The position numbers and the translations under genes are program-made. From Callorhinchus milii (taxonomy: Eukaryota): a stretch of DNA of 64,000 nucleotides. Positions 12,379 through 26,370 of this stretch are shown one piece after another. The stretch's first letter is position 1. Every line of letters starts with the position of its first letter. The stretch lies in NCBI RefSeq assembly GCF_018977255.1, contig NW_024704743.1, forward strand, positions 62,374,001 through 62,438,000. Direction: 5' to 3'. Below the pieces are notes generated by a model. That model did no database searches. It was not told the origin of the DNA and saw only the letters and a program-made list of their open reading frames with translations.

Positions 12379-15334
12379 ACAAGTGCCAAGTACACAACAA
12401 TAGAGATGATATCCAGAAGCAAGCAGCTGAGTTTTCACATCAATCTAGTCCAGGTCATTTGGAATTATGAGATGAAACAGATAGAAACTTTGTTCCAAAT
12501 GAAGACCAAAAACATTCCTTTGTGATATGGCTAGTATCAAGACATTGTTAGGTCAGTGCTGTGACTATCAAAAGTAAGCAATTCCTGTAAATGATATGCA
12601 CCATTATTAGTATCATTCACTTGTCCCTTTTCCCTATTGGGATGTATTTTGACTTGCTGTAAGTAACCAAATGATGGAGATAAAACAGGCAATGTGAGGC
12701 CTAGGTTGCTGTTGCTGTTGAAGCCTAATTGGCCTGTGTGCTAACCAGGAGACCTGTACATTCTCAGTGAGAGAGTTTGCACAGCCACCTCCATTGGGAA
12801 TGCATTCAGGTAAGTTATGTTTACTGTTCAATGCATATTATGAACTTATTAAGAACTCTTTGACTTGAATTTAAATGGATATTGCAAGAAGTTTGAAAAA
12901 GACTGAAGAAGTCTTTATTATCAGGAGTATCCATACATTGTAATGTATAGAATTTGAAGAAACTAAACATGTATTTGGTTCAAGTTAATCATAAGGAATG
13001 CATAAAATATTATACCAAACTGTCGAAGATGCTCCCTAGGATAACATATTTTTTCTAATTCCAGACTGTAATAATCACCATTAGAAATATACAGATGTGA
13101 AGAAACATCTACAGGCTAAAATTTCACTCGGCATTTTGCATAGTGCCTTTGGAGATCGAGGATTATAACATGGGAAATGTCAATGGGAAATCCCATAAGC
13201 AGCTGACTTTTGACCTATCAGCCTTCGTATAAAAATAAAAAAGATTTTTTTCACTCATTCTCACTTCATCAAGCTCATTCCTTCCACTGACTCTATATAA
13301 CTAGTCCTATCATGAACTCCACTCAGCTTATCTAACCTCCTGAATGGTATGACTAACTAACAAGATAAAACCTATGTACATGCTCTTGAGAAACACTAGG
13401 ATATCAGTACATTGCAATAGATTACTCAGCCATCACCAATTGCATTCCAACACTAACACTCCCAAGTTTCAGCAACAAAGGAAATGTTATGCTGGATACA
13501 ATGTATTTCTACATCTGTCCACACTCCTTATAACCTCCAATCTATTATTATTTTGCTCCACCATTTTCTTTTACTCCCTACCTCTTCTTAAGGCATGTAC
13601 AGGGAGAAATTCCACCTGAGTCTAGACTTAGATGCTTTAGAGCAGTACTGACCATCTACGGCCCGTGGGACACTTCTGATCCAAGGACCCGTCAAGACCC
13701 GCTCCCAAACATTCTCACTAGGTATATCCATGTTGATTGGCAATATGCCATAAATCAAGAAATATTCAATCAAGAAAATGCATTGCCCACCTTTGTTTTA
13801 GAGTTTCCATAATTTGGGAAATTGGTGAATTCAGTTCCTGTAACTGACAGTCACCACCTCCGAAAGAGATTCCTCCGAAACTCCCACTTCTACAACTTAT
13901 TTTGTATTCATGTCCTCTGGTTATGGCTCACTAATAAATGGAAATAACCTATTTCCACCCTATCAAATCCTAACACTATTTTCCTCAAAAAGGTTTACTT
14001 TGTGTTTTTGGTAAATGTTTTGTTTATCAAGGGAAAACTAGTGTTAATTAGTGGTATTTGTGACTTTGAATGGTGCATGTTTCAATCCTATAAGAAAAGA
14101 AACTTAAAAAAAAATACATTGCACTGCTCCATTAGTAGTGCAAAGCTCCCATCCAGAGTTTTTCTAGTCCAGAGGATTTATCTTTTGGAGTTCATATTGA
14201 ATTCATTCCATTGAACTCAAGAGAAAATTACAGTTACACAGCATTTACATGCAGCATTAGTGAGTAACTTCTAAATAATCATGGCTAGCACAGGGAGCTC
14301 AAATCCCCGGAAAGCCTACTTCTCCTACATGTTTGAAAGCGTGCCTTGCATTACTTATGTTATGCCTTACATGCCTTAACTGCCAATTGTACTGTAATAT
14401 CGGAACCTCACTGCAAAAACAACCTTGCAATGCCCTACATCAAGCATATTTACAGTAGCCACTTATTGTCATCTCCACATTTCACGAACAAAACATTAAA
14501 TCAAGCAGGAACTTTAAAAACACTATCAAAAATTGAGCATCAAGCTAATCTTTTATTCTAATGAAACACTTGAACCAGTAGCTGTCATTGTTCTCACTTG
14601 CATCCCATAGCTCAGAGCTATTTATTTTTGTTGGATCATGTGCAAAGGAAACTGAAAATGAGTGTACCATCAACTCAGCTAGTACTCTCCAAACCATTCT
14701 GTTTCACATTCTTTTTTTTAAAAAATTGCTACCTAGATGCAGGGCTGCCTCCAGACACTCACCACTCGCCGTTCACTTACTTTGTTTTTCTTCCTCTTTT
14801 TCCTTTGAAACAAAATTAAAAGGTGCAGCTGGTCAATTAAGGTTTCAGTGAGCGAATCGCTGCAGGCCTTTTATTGAAATAGCAGTAATTTAATACACCA
14901 ATACACCTGTCTCCTGAAGAACTCTTCTTTAGAAATGGGATCTAAAGTCACAAATGACTTTGGGAACTCCTCCAACTCTCTTTCAGCACAGTCCATTTTA
15001 GATTGAAAATCAAGTGTGAATCAAATGAATCCCAACCACTTGGAATGTGCACTGAACCAAGCTCAGACTCCTAAGTGACCTAAATTGGGGCATTAACTCA
15101 TGAATTTTAGTCCAATTCAGACCTCTTTAGGTTCAAATGTTCCTATCTCTTTTCAAAAAGATATAAACCAGAAACCATTCAATACTCATGGCTGGAGTTA
15201 TATCAATTGTTTGTCCGCCAACAAAGTTGATGCACATGACAATGAAGTTCAGTAATTACTTACAATTTTTCTAATACAGCATAATTTTATTTTTTTAATA
15301 AAAAATCAGACATGTTGATCTTCTGCAGGGAGTA

Positions 15335-15650
15335 CAATACAAAATTACATTTGTATAGCGCCTTTCACATCAGGAGGACATCCCAAGATGCTGGACAGTC
15401 TGGGATTTTGACCCAAGCCCAGAGGGTCGGGATCAGGGAGGGTGGAGGGTAGGGTGGACGAAGGCTCGGATGAAGAGGAGGGTTTTGAGATGTGCCTTGA
15501 AGGAGGCAAGGGAGGGAGCGAGGTAAAAGGAATGTGGAATGGAGTTCCATAGGGTGGAGGTAGAAAGGCTGAAGGCCCGACCACCGATGGTGGGGCGAGC
15601 CAGGCGGAGGACATGGAGCAGGCCAGAGCCTGCTGAGCAGAGGGATCAGA
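15335..15650 (-). mobile_element. L2 LINE 3' fragment
   Basis: AAATTACATTTGTATAGCGCCTTTCACATCAGGAGGACATCCCAAG tail; collinear with 42182-42500. Confidence 0.85.
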
Positions 15651-15653
15651 CAC

Positions 15654-15700
15654 ATTGATATGGGGTATGCAATTGCTGCAATTGAATACCCCATGTCAAT
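15654..15700. repeat. 47-bp near-perfect palindrome
   Basis: ATTGATATGGGGTATGCAATTGC-T-GCAATTGAATACCCCATGTCAAT; 23-bp arms, 2 mismatches, 1-nt centre. Confidence 0.9.
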
Positions 15701-15797
15701 CTACAATTGAATGTTTATTCGTATGCAGTACTGTGTTGCCNAAAAAGAACACAAGCAAAAAGAAAACGGGCAACAGAAAACAGGCTGGTGTTCTTGT

Positions 15798-16119
15798 GGA
15801 GTCCTGTGGCTCAGTGGTTAGAGCACTCGCTTCGCAAGTGAGAGACCTGAGTTCAATTCCAGGCAGGGCGAAACCTTGGGCAAGTTTCCTTACTCCACAC
15901 ACCTAATAATAATCCCTCCAAAACCAAAAACAATAATAAATTGGTCATTTTCAATCTACGACTGTTTGTGGGACATTGCTGTGCACAATTGGCTGCCGCG
16001 TTTGCCCACAAATATACAGTCAATTCACTTTACAGTGTATTCTGTGAAGCGCTTTGGGACGTCCTCCCAACGTGAAAAGCGCTACATCAAATGCAAGGAT
16101 TATTATTATTATTATTATT
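15798..16119 (+). mobile_element. tRNA-Ala-derived SINE, young short subfamily, full length
   Basis: Same family as 551-870; anticodon loop reads CGC. Confidence 0.93.
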
Positions 16120-17064
16120 AAGATGAGATCAAATGGATCAAGGATCTCGTTCATCAGAACCCTGTTTGTGACATGTCCTATATTTTTTGAAGTAACCTTT
16201 TTAAACCTGTTTTCCTTTTTGGTGATCCAGTGATGAGGATTGTGTTTGTGCTCTTAGAAGTTCTTTTTGTTAGTCCATTTTATCAGGATACATCTTCAGT
16301 TTCTTGACTACTCAAACTGTAAAGGCTCTCAAACAGGAACCTCAAAACATTGCTCTTTCTTCCCACCAAGTAGGGTGTAGCTGGTGATTTGTCAAGTCAG
16401 ACTGGCTCACGATGTAAACTTCATTGCCTATATGAAGATATGAACAAGCGCTGAAAAATGTGTTTTTTTAGAATTCCCTCTTATTTGGAATGGATGGGTT
16501 TCAGATTATTATGACACAAAACAGACATGTAACAAATTACTGAGAGCTATGGAAATACTCCAAAGATTCATCCACTATACTTAAGTGAAATATCACATCT
16601 GTCCTCAAGTCGGATCCTCTGTTGCACCCAATTATTCTACTATCTGACTCACAGTGGAAAAATATGGAATAAAAATACCAACTATTGTGACTAAGCTCTT
16701 TTGAAAGGAAGAGTGACAATTTATCTTGAACCTTTACAGAACATTAATCATTGATAGCACAAATCCTGGAAGTCTTTGTTGCCTGTGGATAACTGGGATC
16801 ACAAAGCTTAGGACAGATTGGTGAATGTGTGAAAATATGGAGCAGAGAGAAAGCTAGTTACATTCAATAAATAACAATAGCAATCCGCATACAGTAAGCC
16901 TTTCATAGAGCTTGGTATAAAGGGACATATTGAGCTGCAGGACTCCATGGAAACTGTTTTATTTTTACAGGGGACACCCTAAGATCTTTACAGTATTTGT
17001 GTTTCGGAGGCCTAAAAGTAAGACCTCAGTTGAATTGGAATGCACTGTAATGAAAACTGATAAC

Positions 17065-17465
17065 AAGATTATATTTGTATGGCGCCTTTCACATCGGGAG
17101 GACGTCCCAAGGATGTCTGAAAGCCCTTCACAGGATTTCCTGTGAAAGTGACTGTGTATTTTTAGATGAATTAAGCAGCCCAATTGAGCACTGCAATGTT
17201 CCACAAACAGTCATGAAATGAATGATCAATTCTATTTGGGGGATTCTAGGAGGATATCAGGAGAAACTCACTTCTCTTTTCAATGGAATCTTTAATGTAT
17301 ACCTTAACAGGTAGATGGGACCTCAGTTTAACATCTCATCTGAAGGACGGCACGTTTAACAATGTAAAATGGGAGTATCTTTGACTATGTGATTCCAAAT
17401 CCCAATGTGCAGCTTGAACCCACAACCTTCTGACTCAGAGGCGAGGTACTACCAACTGAGCACCA
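17065..17465 (-). mobile_element. Old Deu-domain-type SINE, near full length
   Basis: Tail GGCGCCTTTCACATCGGGAGGACGTCCCAAG, Deu block GTTTAACATCTCATCTGAAGGACGGCAC, head GAACCCACAACCTTCTGACTCAGAGGCGAG..CTACCAACTGAGC. Confidence 0.82.
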
Positions 17466-19342
17466 ATGCTAGATTTCAGGGGAAGACACACTTCTCTGGC
17501 TAATACCCTTTTTCCTTCTCTCATACACCTTTGCATTTTCTTTGGATTCCAAAGAAAGCTTCCTTCTATGATTCAGGCACAAAAGCTAAGAACTGAAATT
17601 ACAATTCCAGATGGCTGAGTCAATACATAACTGCTCTTTGAATCTTTTCATTTGGACGGTCAATGTATGGATGACAAATTCCCCCAGAGGCTCCACAACA
17701 CAAACTGCATTGGAATTCACTGACTAAGCCACATAAACCACCTGAAGGCCTTATTAGTACTGACGACCCAAAAGAGTTCATAATGCACAACCTTATGACC
17801 TTAGTGGTTTGTGCTCTGAATGGTATTGCTGACCTTTGTCTCAACGCTTGAATAGTCACAGTCCTTGCACACTTTTATAAATTCAAATGGTAATAATAGC
17901 AAATCAAAGGATTCATTCACCCTTAAACTGTTGAAAATCTGCTCCCTATTGAAAGACATGCAATACAATTTGTGTTATTCATTTTCCCCTGAAAGATATA
18001 AATCATGAGCACAAACTGCCGCGAAAGTTCAGAGGGTAGTTCCTGTAATATTAAAGTTAGAGGCATCAATGTTTATAAAGCTCAAAACCCCTGCTGGGTA
18101 GCTTAGACAACAACATATGAGATTAGCTGTTATCACTCTTCCAAACTGAAGCCTGCTATTGAAGAGATGATTAATGGTTTTCTGGAGGTTTCTCATGCCT
18201 ACTCCAATTTCTTTTATTTCTTGTCTACCCCACCCCCCACTGAAAGATTTTTTTAAAAATAAATTCGACTGAACAAGTCTACTTTGAATCAAATGCAAAC
18301 TTCACCTCTGTCTGAAGTTGGCTTCATTCATGATTATTTATGAAACAATGTGCTCAGCCACACAAAACCTGCATTTTACACACTGTTTGTGTTACCATAG
18401 TAGCTTCTAAAGCTGCATAATTAGTGCCAAAGAAAAGCAGGGAAAATAGCCAAACTTTTACTCCATAGATTTCCTCCATTTTCCACAACCATGACACACT
18501 TTAAGCCCTCCAGTGATTTACAACCGTACAGGTTGTTACTACAGAAACAAGACAAGAACCTCAGGACAAGTTTGTAACAGTACAACCAAGAATTACTTAT
18601 TTTCTGGCTTTCCTTTAACCTGTAAATAAAGGGGCAATGCCAAACCGGATGCTCCATCTAAATACAGTATCTAATAAAAACAAGCTGCATTTGACATTGA
18701 CATGACTTGAGCACAGAACCTATCCACACATTTAATAAAGTAGTAAACATTGTTTTTTCTCACAATAACATGCCATTACTAACCCAGCCTTGCTCTCAGG
18801 ATTAAACCTGTCAGAAAGACAAGATCCAATAAATAACAGGCCAGAGTGCAAATCCTCCTTGAATTCAACTTTTCAATACAGAAAAACTGGACAACATTCT
18901 ACTATACCCAATAATGCACCTTCTGGTCAAATTCTTACATACAAGGTAAATCAGGTGTACCTCAACAAAACAGGGTTAGTTATGAACTCAGTAAAACCTG
19001 ATGTGGAGATTTTGATTTACACACTTTACCAATTTTAAAACAGCTGTTTGTGGCATGAATATAGGATATGAGCTTTTAAATCTGCATTGCATCCCAAATC
19101 TAAGAACCCTTGTTTAAAGTCACCAACAAGTGCCTTAGATGGTAGCTATTATGTCCCAAAAGTTTGGCAAAGTCTGTACAGATCAGCGAGAGTAAACTAC
19201 TTTGCTGCCCTGTATAGGATGATTCAGCTGCAACATATGGCCACCTCTATTAGTAACTGTTTATGTTCCCATCATAGGTGGTGCTGTCATCAACATTGCT
19301 TGTTTTATCCTCCAGTGGCATTCACACCAATTCCTTTCTTTT

Positions 19343-19922
19343 GCTGACACTGTATAAGGCCCTGGTGAGACTGCACCTAGTGTATTGTGTGCATTTTTGG
19401 TCTCCTTATTTAAGAAACGATGTGCTTACCTTGGAGAGGGTACAACGTAGATTCACTAGGTTGGTACCAGGGATGAGGGGGATTAGTTATGAGGATAGGT
19501 TGAGCAATTTAGGCCTATATTCTCTAGAATATAGAAGAATGAGAGGTGATCTTATGGAAACCTATAAGATTATTAAGGGGCACAACAGAATAGATAGTGG
19601 GAGACTTTTTCCTGTTTGGAGAAACTATAACCAGGGGTCATAGTCTTAAAATTAGGGGTAAGCCCTTTCCACTGAGTTGAGGAAAAACTTCTTCACTCAG
19701 GGGGTAGTGAATCTATGGAATTTTCTACCCCAAAGGGCTCAGTCCTTGAACATATTCAAGTCTGAGATTGATAGATTTCTTGTAGATAAAGGGATTAAGG
19801 GATATGGGGATAAGGCGGGTAGGTGGAGTTAGAATAGATCAGCCATGATCTTATTGAATAGCGGGGCAGGCTAGAGGGGTCGAATGGCCTACTCCTGCTT
19901 CTAATTCTTATGTTCTTATGTT
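19343..19922 (+). mobile_element. CR1 LINE 3' end (ORF2 C-terminus plus 3' UTR)
   Basis: Translation TLYKALVRLHLVYCVHFWSPYL...LERVQRRFTRLVPGMRG...RRMRGDLMETYKII is typical of CR1 ORF2; ends GAATGGCCTACTCCTG...TTCTTATGTTCTTATG. Confidence 0.93.
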
Positions 19923-21865
19923 CACTATCCTGCTAATATCAATGCAAGATAGTGACAAAGGAAATAATCAGCAGGAAAGTAAGATGGACATAACTCTAAT
20001 GTATAACATGACAACTCTGTTTCCAGAAATCCAAAGAACTGAAACGTGACAAAGAGTTAATAATGAAAGACAATGGGTGTATTAATGAAACCGCAACTAC
20101 CAAGAAAATAAATAAAATAGTTAAAACAGTTCTTTTGCTAGAGCAAAACAATAGTTCCCAGGGCTGAGATAAATCAGTTTTGGGTATATAAGGTTCATAC
20201 TCTTTCATCCCCCCAAAAATGATAATGCTCAAGATCTAGATTTTCAAAAGCAAATAGTCGTACTACAAACGCTGGCATTTGCAGACATTGCAGTTCGCCT
20301 ATTTTTATGCTGCTCTCCAAATTCCAATTATGGACAGTGTCAGGTCAATGACAGTGCCAATGTCACTGATGTGAAGAGTTTAGGTACCATCAATCATGAA
20401 AATGAATCTGAAGTGGTTTGTGAGGGTCAGCTGAACCTCCAGAATGGATTGTAAGATTTTTACAACTGAAAAAATAAATGGTTTAAGTCTTTTACTTAAA
20501 CCATTCTTGTTATAGTATAATCTCAGTAACAATAAACTAAGTAAAGGGCTATTAAATCTGGGATTGAAATTATGCTGATTGAAGACTGTGAGAGGCTGTT
20601 GTGGTATCACTTAGTGGTAATACTCACTAATACTGTGACACAACTCGCAGATAGCATAATAAAAGGATTAATTTGTAGTTCGGAGACAAAATTACAGGAC
20701 TATTGATGTCTTAGTGAATAATGGGTTTTTGCAAAGTTGGTGAGTGGATAAGAGGCACGAGGAACTCTTATGTCACAAAACCACAACCTGCTCTTAGACA
20801 TAAGCTACTGAGCTTCTTATCTTGGGAACCAAGCAGTATCATTTCTCTTTCCAACCCAATGGCTTTCAATGATATTTTGGTTACCGTATATAATGTGCAA
20901 ACTATAGTTCTCTCCTACTTTGAGGAGTAAAAAAAGAAACAAAGATAGGCAATGCAAATCTTCCATTCCCTTAAGCTTCCTTGTTCCCTCCTCCCCACAT
21001 TCCAATCAGGGAGGTACAAATCCTAATGCACTGAAGTTTGACAGGCATAACCTTGTAATGCACATTCTACTCACAGCAGGCTTTCTTTGAGTGTAACCAC
21101 TATTTATTATTATTATTAAAATGTTATTGCAATATATCCCTCCTAAATATATTTCTAATGTGTGCTTCTGTCAGATTATTACTACATTCGCTGAGCTGTA
21201 AAAAAAAATGTATTGCCATTAACAATGCAAACAACTGTGTCAAGCTTAGACAAAGACTACTGCTTACGGCGTAATCTACTACAGGCAATAACCTCTGGGT
21301 CAGAAATGACAACTACCCTTGAGGTTCCTCCACATTCATAACAAATGGACAATACCACAAGCCCCAAGGCTGACATAAGCAAATTAATTACAAGGTAACC
21401 CCATTCTACTGCCCTTTCCTATAGCCTCACTATACCATATGTTTACTGTGAACCCACAATAACACAAAATACAGTGTGCCCAGCTTTCAGTATTGACGAG
21501 GAGGCTTTTTATTCTAATAAATGGTCAACTTTCACTTGGTTAGCAGCTCTCCGTTGACCATGCATGCTAAGTGTAGCTAATGCCACTAACATCACTTCGT
21601 GCCCATGTAGACTATGTGCAGGAAGCGCTGCTGATGTCACTTTGTGAAAGAATGGACATTAATGGCACTCCTGTGCATAGTACACGTGTGGCCCATAGAC
21701 AGTAATGTTGGCAGTGCTTCCTGGACATAGCACAATGTGCAGGAAGTGATGAAAATGACAACCTGACAACCTGGAAGTCAACCATTTTTTTCACACTTCA
21801 GCTGGACAATGTGCCCAGCCAACCATGTTACAATGGGATTTTCTCGTACAATCTAAAGCTAGTAG

Positions 21866-22420
21866 ATCCTCTGATGGCTCAGCTAGTTAATAATAATAAT
21901 AATCCTTGCATTTGATATAGCGCCTTTCACGTCTTCTAGACGTCCCAAAGCGCTTCACAGAATATACTGTAAAATGAATTGACTGTATATTTGTGGGCGA
22001 ACGCGGCAGCCACTTGCGTACAGCAATGTCCTACAAACAGTCCTAGATTGAAAATGACCAATTTATTATTGTTTTGTTTTTTTGGAGGGATTATTATTAG
22101 GCGTATGGAGTAAGGAAACTTGCCCAAGGTTTTGCCCTGCCTGGAATTGAACTCAGGTCTCTCGCTTGCAAAGTGAGTGCTCTAACCACTGAGCTACAGC
22201 ACTCCACCTACATCCCAGATCAATATGAAACTGCGATACACTGAGACAGAAAGTCTGAAGTTCAATCCGGGTTCTGTGCAGATCACACTGATCTCAGTTG
22301 GGGTAGTAGCCAAATACAATTAATCTCAGAGCTCCTGGGTTATGAGGCCGAGAATCAGCGCTGTGATTTCTATCCCAGTACCCACCCCAAACCCCCACTG
22401 TAATGTGGTTGTGTGTGAGT
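21866..22420 (+). mobile_element. Old tRNA-like SINE of another family, interrupted by the young SINE at 21888-22205
   Basis: A-box-like GATGGCTCAGCTAG before the insert; B-box-like AGTTCAATCC and body TCTGTGC...CTGATCTCAG resume after it. Confidence 0.5.
21888..22205 (-). mobile_element. tRNA-Ala-derived SINE, young short subfamily, full length
   Basis: Reverse-complement copy of 9880-10210. Confidence 0.93.
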
Positions 22421-22749
22421 GTCACTTTACCTGCAATAAAAAAAATCCCTCCCAAATTGAATCATTTATTGATCCCAAGTATAGTTTCATGAGCTCTGAC
22501 ACCTTCCTATTTTGCCCTTGAAAACATCCGGCAATGGCTCAAGAGAACTCCATATACCTCCTGACCCAGAGAGTGTTAGAAATGTTTCCCATTGCTTTTT
22601 CACTGGCAGTTTGATATTCACAGCTTTTTCCTAGTGTAAATGCACATATGCCAGTCTTGTGGTGCGCTATGAGGGACAGCTTTTATTTAATATAAAAGGT
22701 TTGCATTCATTTCCTGCTGGTATGACTTGCACTTTTAAACACAATGCCA

Positions 22750-23420
22750 ATCTCACTGAAATGTCTCAATGCGCTGTGAAGTTTACAACAATTTTTGTGG
22801 ACAAATAACACTTTACACATGGCAACGTCCCAAAACAGCCATGGAGGTGAATGACCAAATAATCTGGAAGACTGTTGGCCAGGATTCCTGGAGAAACCTT
22901 TTTTTTTTTTTACAAAGAGTTCCATTGGCTCTTTAAAGTTCATCTGAACAAACAGACCTTATCGGAAAGATCTTGCACATAGGAGTGACATGGGCATATT
23001 TGTTTTTGATCATTTCCTATCGTTCATGAGTTATTTTCAGTTTTGCGTTTTTCACTGTAGTTACACCTGGTGGCCGCCGAGTCAAAGTGGCGCTGTGGCA
23101 TTTTGTGTCACAGAGCACGCACATAGCCAAGCGGCGTGAATAAAATAAAGCACACAGACAAAGCTACGTCACGGCAACAACAACAAAATTATATTTTTAA
23201 AATGACAAGTCCTCCCACTGAGTCCTCCCAAAAGGAGTCCTCCCACACGAGTCCTCCTAGATGAGTATAAAGATGAAATGTCTGTCTGTGCGTCAATCTA
23301 CATTTTATGTTCAATCGTTTGGTTGCAAGTGTAGCTACAACGGGTACAGCTAGTCTACTATAATGTCAGTTTCCAACATGAGGCTGGGACTCTTAATATT
23401 CTCAACCAGAGGAGAGAGAG
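22750..23420 (-). mobile_element. Old Deu-type SINE split by an insertion at 22971-23353
   Basis: Body blocks up to CATCTGAACAAACAGACCTTATCGGAAAGA; head-like remnant ...CAGAGGAGAGAG..AACTGAGCCAAG resumes after 23354. Confidence 0.6.
22971..23353 (+). mobile_element. Putative non-autonomous Helitron
   Basis: A|TC at 22970/22971; ends ...TGTAGCTACAACGGGTACAGCTAG|T at 23353/23354 (subterminal palindrome plus CTAG, AT target, no TSD); CpG-richer than flanks. Confidence 0.6.
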
Positions 23421-24925
23421 GAATTAACTGAGCCAAGATGAAGTCTACGTAGTGGTAGGTATGTGCCTGAGCCACTGAGAATTATTGAGAAAGGTTAACC
23501 ATGCACCCATTTCTTGGTGATGTACTCAAAGTTATGTGACTAATTTTCTGAGTATTAGTGTGGGAGAAGTTTGTGTATCACATCTACTAGCATGATTTAG
23601 TGAGTCACCAGTGTTTAAATGCTGGTGTTGAACTATGGTTCCAATCCCTGCTGGTTTAGTGTTACTACATGTCTGAATCACTGACAATTATTGAGGAAGG
23701 GACAGTATGGATCCAATTTCTGGTGGCCTACAGGTGGGTGTAGGTCAGACTTCCTCACGTCATTTCTGTCAAATTGACATTGTGGGCAAGGAACACGATG
23801 ACATATCATCACGTCATCGTTTAATAAACCAAACAAATTTGCTATGTACAGTTTGATTCCTTTTTAACATGTTAATATACAAAGCGAGCACATTATTGTG
23901 TCATAATCGCAAGCATTAGTGAGCAATTTAGTTTTTATTTGCTGGATTACAGCATTGCCAAATCTAGCCAAAACGCATCAACTGTTATACCCCAAACCTA
24001 CTCTCTTAGGATACCAAAAATAAAAGATACACATTTACAACTGGTGGTTCATACAAAATTAAGTAAAATTGAATAAATGTGCAGACTGCAGAATCCACAA
24101 GCATATATATATAAATCCTAATGTACGTGTGAAGGGCTCTAAATAAATGCAAGGCATTACTCTAGTTCAAATGAAGTGGTTGTTTCCTTTTACTTAATTT
24201 TGTTGCCAATTACAGTTAAAATAATTAACACTGTCCAATTTGTTTGTAAAATAAGCACAGTGAAAATATTGATTGTCAATGCAGTTCTCCTGCATGGGTC
24301 TGAGCTCCTAGGCATGCAGCAGAGGAATTAACTTCAGGTAAATTTGTGAATTCCAGGATCAAGCAATGAGATGGATTTGTCGTAAAAAGTGGAAGCGGCC
24401 TCAGGAAGGAGGGCTACAGCCTATAATAATCTGTTACTCAGCATCCTGGACCCAGAGAAAGTTTAGAAATTCAACAAAAATTTAGGTGATTAAGAACAAT
24501 TTGTGGAAATATTAGATTAACTCCTGAGATTAAATCAAATTTACTTGAATTTTATGTCAAATGCAACTGGTCTACTTATATTTTTCTGTCACCTTCCTCC
24601 AACATAGGAATGAATGGATTTTCATTATGTAGAGCCTGCCATGCAAGTGTTTCGATTAATGTATGCCACTGTTACCCTGGACTCAGAAAAATGATGGGAA
24701 GCCAGGATAAAGGATGATAAAAAAGCAGAATTTTGACAAGATCCTAGTTAATTAATGGATTTGATGTTCCTGCTTCGGTTTCCCAAATCACCTTGAGGTT
24801 AAATTGCAGTGACTATCAACAGTGAAGTTATAATCCATCTGGTTCAGCACTGATTCTGTGCCGTATATGTTTCTCTACATCTACAATAATTTAGGAATTT
24901 AAGAATTAATTTCTTTCTGTCTACA

Positions 24926-25360
24926 AGGTGTCAGCCTGGTTCATTTGGTAGCAGTTTCACCTCTGAGTCAGAAGGTTGGGGGTGAAGCATACTTTGGGAC
25001 TTTAAACTCATGGTCTAGGTTAATACTCCAATACAACGCTGGGGAGTACTGCATTGTCGGAGGTGCCAATCGTCAGCTGAGACATTAAACGGAAGTCCTA
25101 TTTGCTAATTCAGGTTGGTATTTTGGATCCCACAACACTATTCAATAAGAGAGCCTTCAAATGTCCAGGTTAACAATCCCCTGGATAAAAAAAATTGGTC
25201 GTTCACTTCATAGCTATGTCTGGAAGATTGCGGTGTGCAAATTGACTGTCGTGTTCACCTACAAAATACATAATCACTATCCTTGCCAATAAATCCTAAG
25301 TCCTTTGAGACATTCCCCCGATGTGAAACACGTTAATTCAATGCAAGGATTATTATTATT
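24926..25360 (+). mobile_element. Old Deu-domain-type SINE, full length
   Basis: Head GGTGTCAGCCTGGTTCATTTGGTAGCA..CTCTGAGTCAGAAGGTT, Deu block TGCATTGTCGGAGGTGCC...GAGACATTAAAC, tail ATGCAAGGATTATTATT. Confidence 0.82.
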
Positions 25361-26370
25361 TAGAACTAAAAATATCTCATAACCTCGATATGTGCTGGAA
25401 CATCAATAAACATATTTTATGTTAACTTAATATGTTCAGCACCTTTCTGTTTCTATCTCATTCTAGAAAAAAAGATCAGATATGTCTGAGTAGTGTAAGT
25501 CCCTATAAGGACGATAGGAATAATCTTCAAAATATTGCTGTGGTGTTTTGAATCTACTTATACTATGCAATTTAGTTTCTTCTTTCATCAACTCTAAACA
25601 TTGCTAAACACAATGCATCTGTCAAAAACATTTGACTCAAATTTGAGATGTTCACTTGATAGTCTATCACAAATCCCTTTCCATGTATATTGTCATAACA
25701 ATCACAACTACAAATATCAGCCTAAAGCGGTCAAATGTTTTTGGTATTATTCTGCATGTCAATCTGTACAACATAGCAATGTAGAAGCAATGAATGTGTG
25801 CCCCTCTGAGGAAAGTTAAAAGATAATAGAAATGGTCTCCGCTTTAGATATGACAAGAGACGACAGCCCACGTTCCATGTATGTATCGCCATAAGTAGAT
25901 GCTGCACTGTGTAATAATGACCCTGTAAAGATGTGGAGAGACCTACTGTCAGCGATTACACCCTCTGTGCCTTGAAGGTAACTGCCTTCCTCAAGTTATT
26001 TATCTTGGCTCCCAGTCACATTATCACTGCAGAGACTGATGGGATTAGCTAGTTGGTCATATCCAAAGGGTATCTGCTACCTTGACTGAGGGCACTGTGC
26101 AATACATCAGCAATACCAAGATTAACCAATTTTACCTGGGAATAATAGGCTGTTGATGCAAATATGTTCATGCAACATCTGATAGGTAGTGTTCTATGAA
26201 GCAATTTGAGATATTTTGATGATGTGATGCTATATCAAATACAAGGATTATTTAACTCCATGTGAATTATCTTGATCTATCTGCAGTTTCCTCCAAGTTT
26301 TCCAATGAAAGCTCTCCTTATTTCTTGCCAAGCACTTTGCTCTTCTATATGTACAGCTGTTTCTTTTTAT

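Noticed and set aside
15741..15741. Single N base
   Set aside because: Assembly ambiguity, not biology; it does warrant caution about contiguity here
23208..23262. CRISPR-like short repeats (AGTCCTCC x4)
   Set aside because: Units are 8 bp with 6-7 bp spacers in a eukaryotic context with no cas genes; a simple internal tandem repeat
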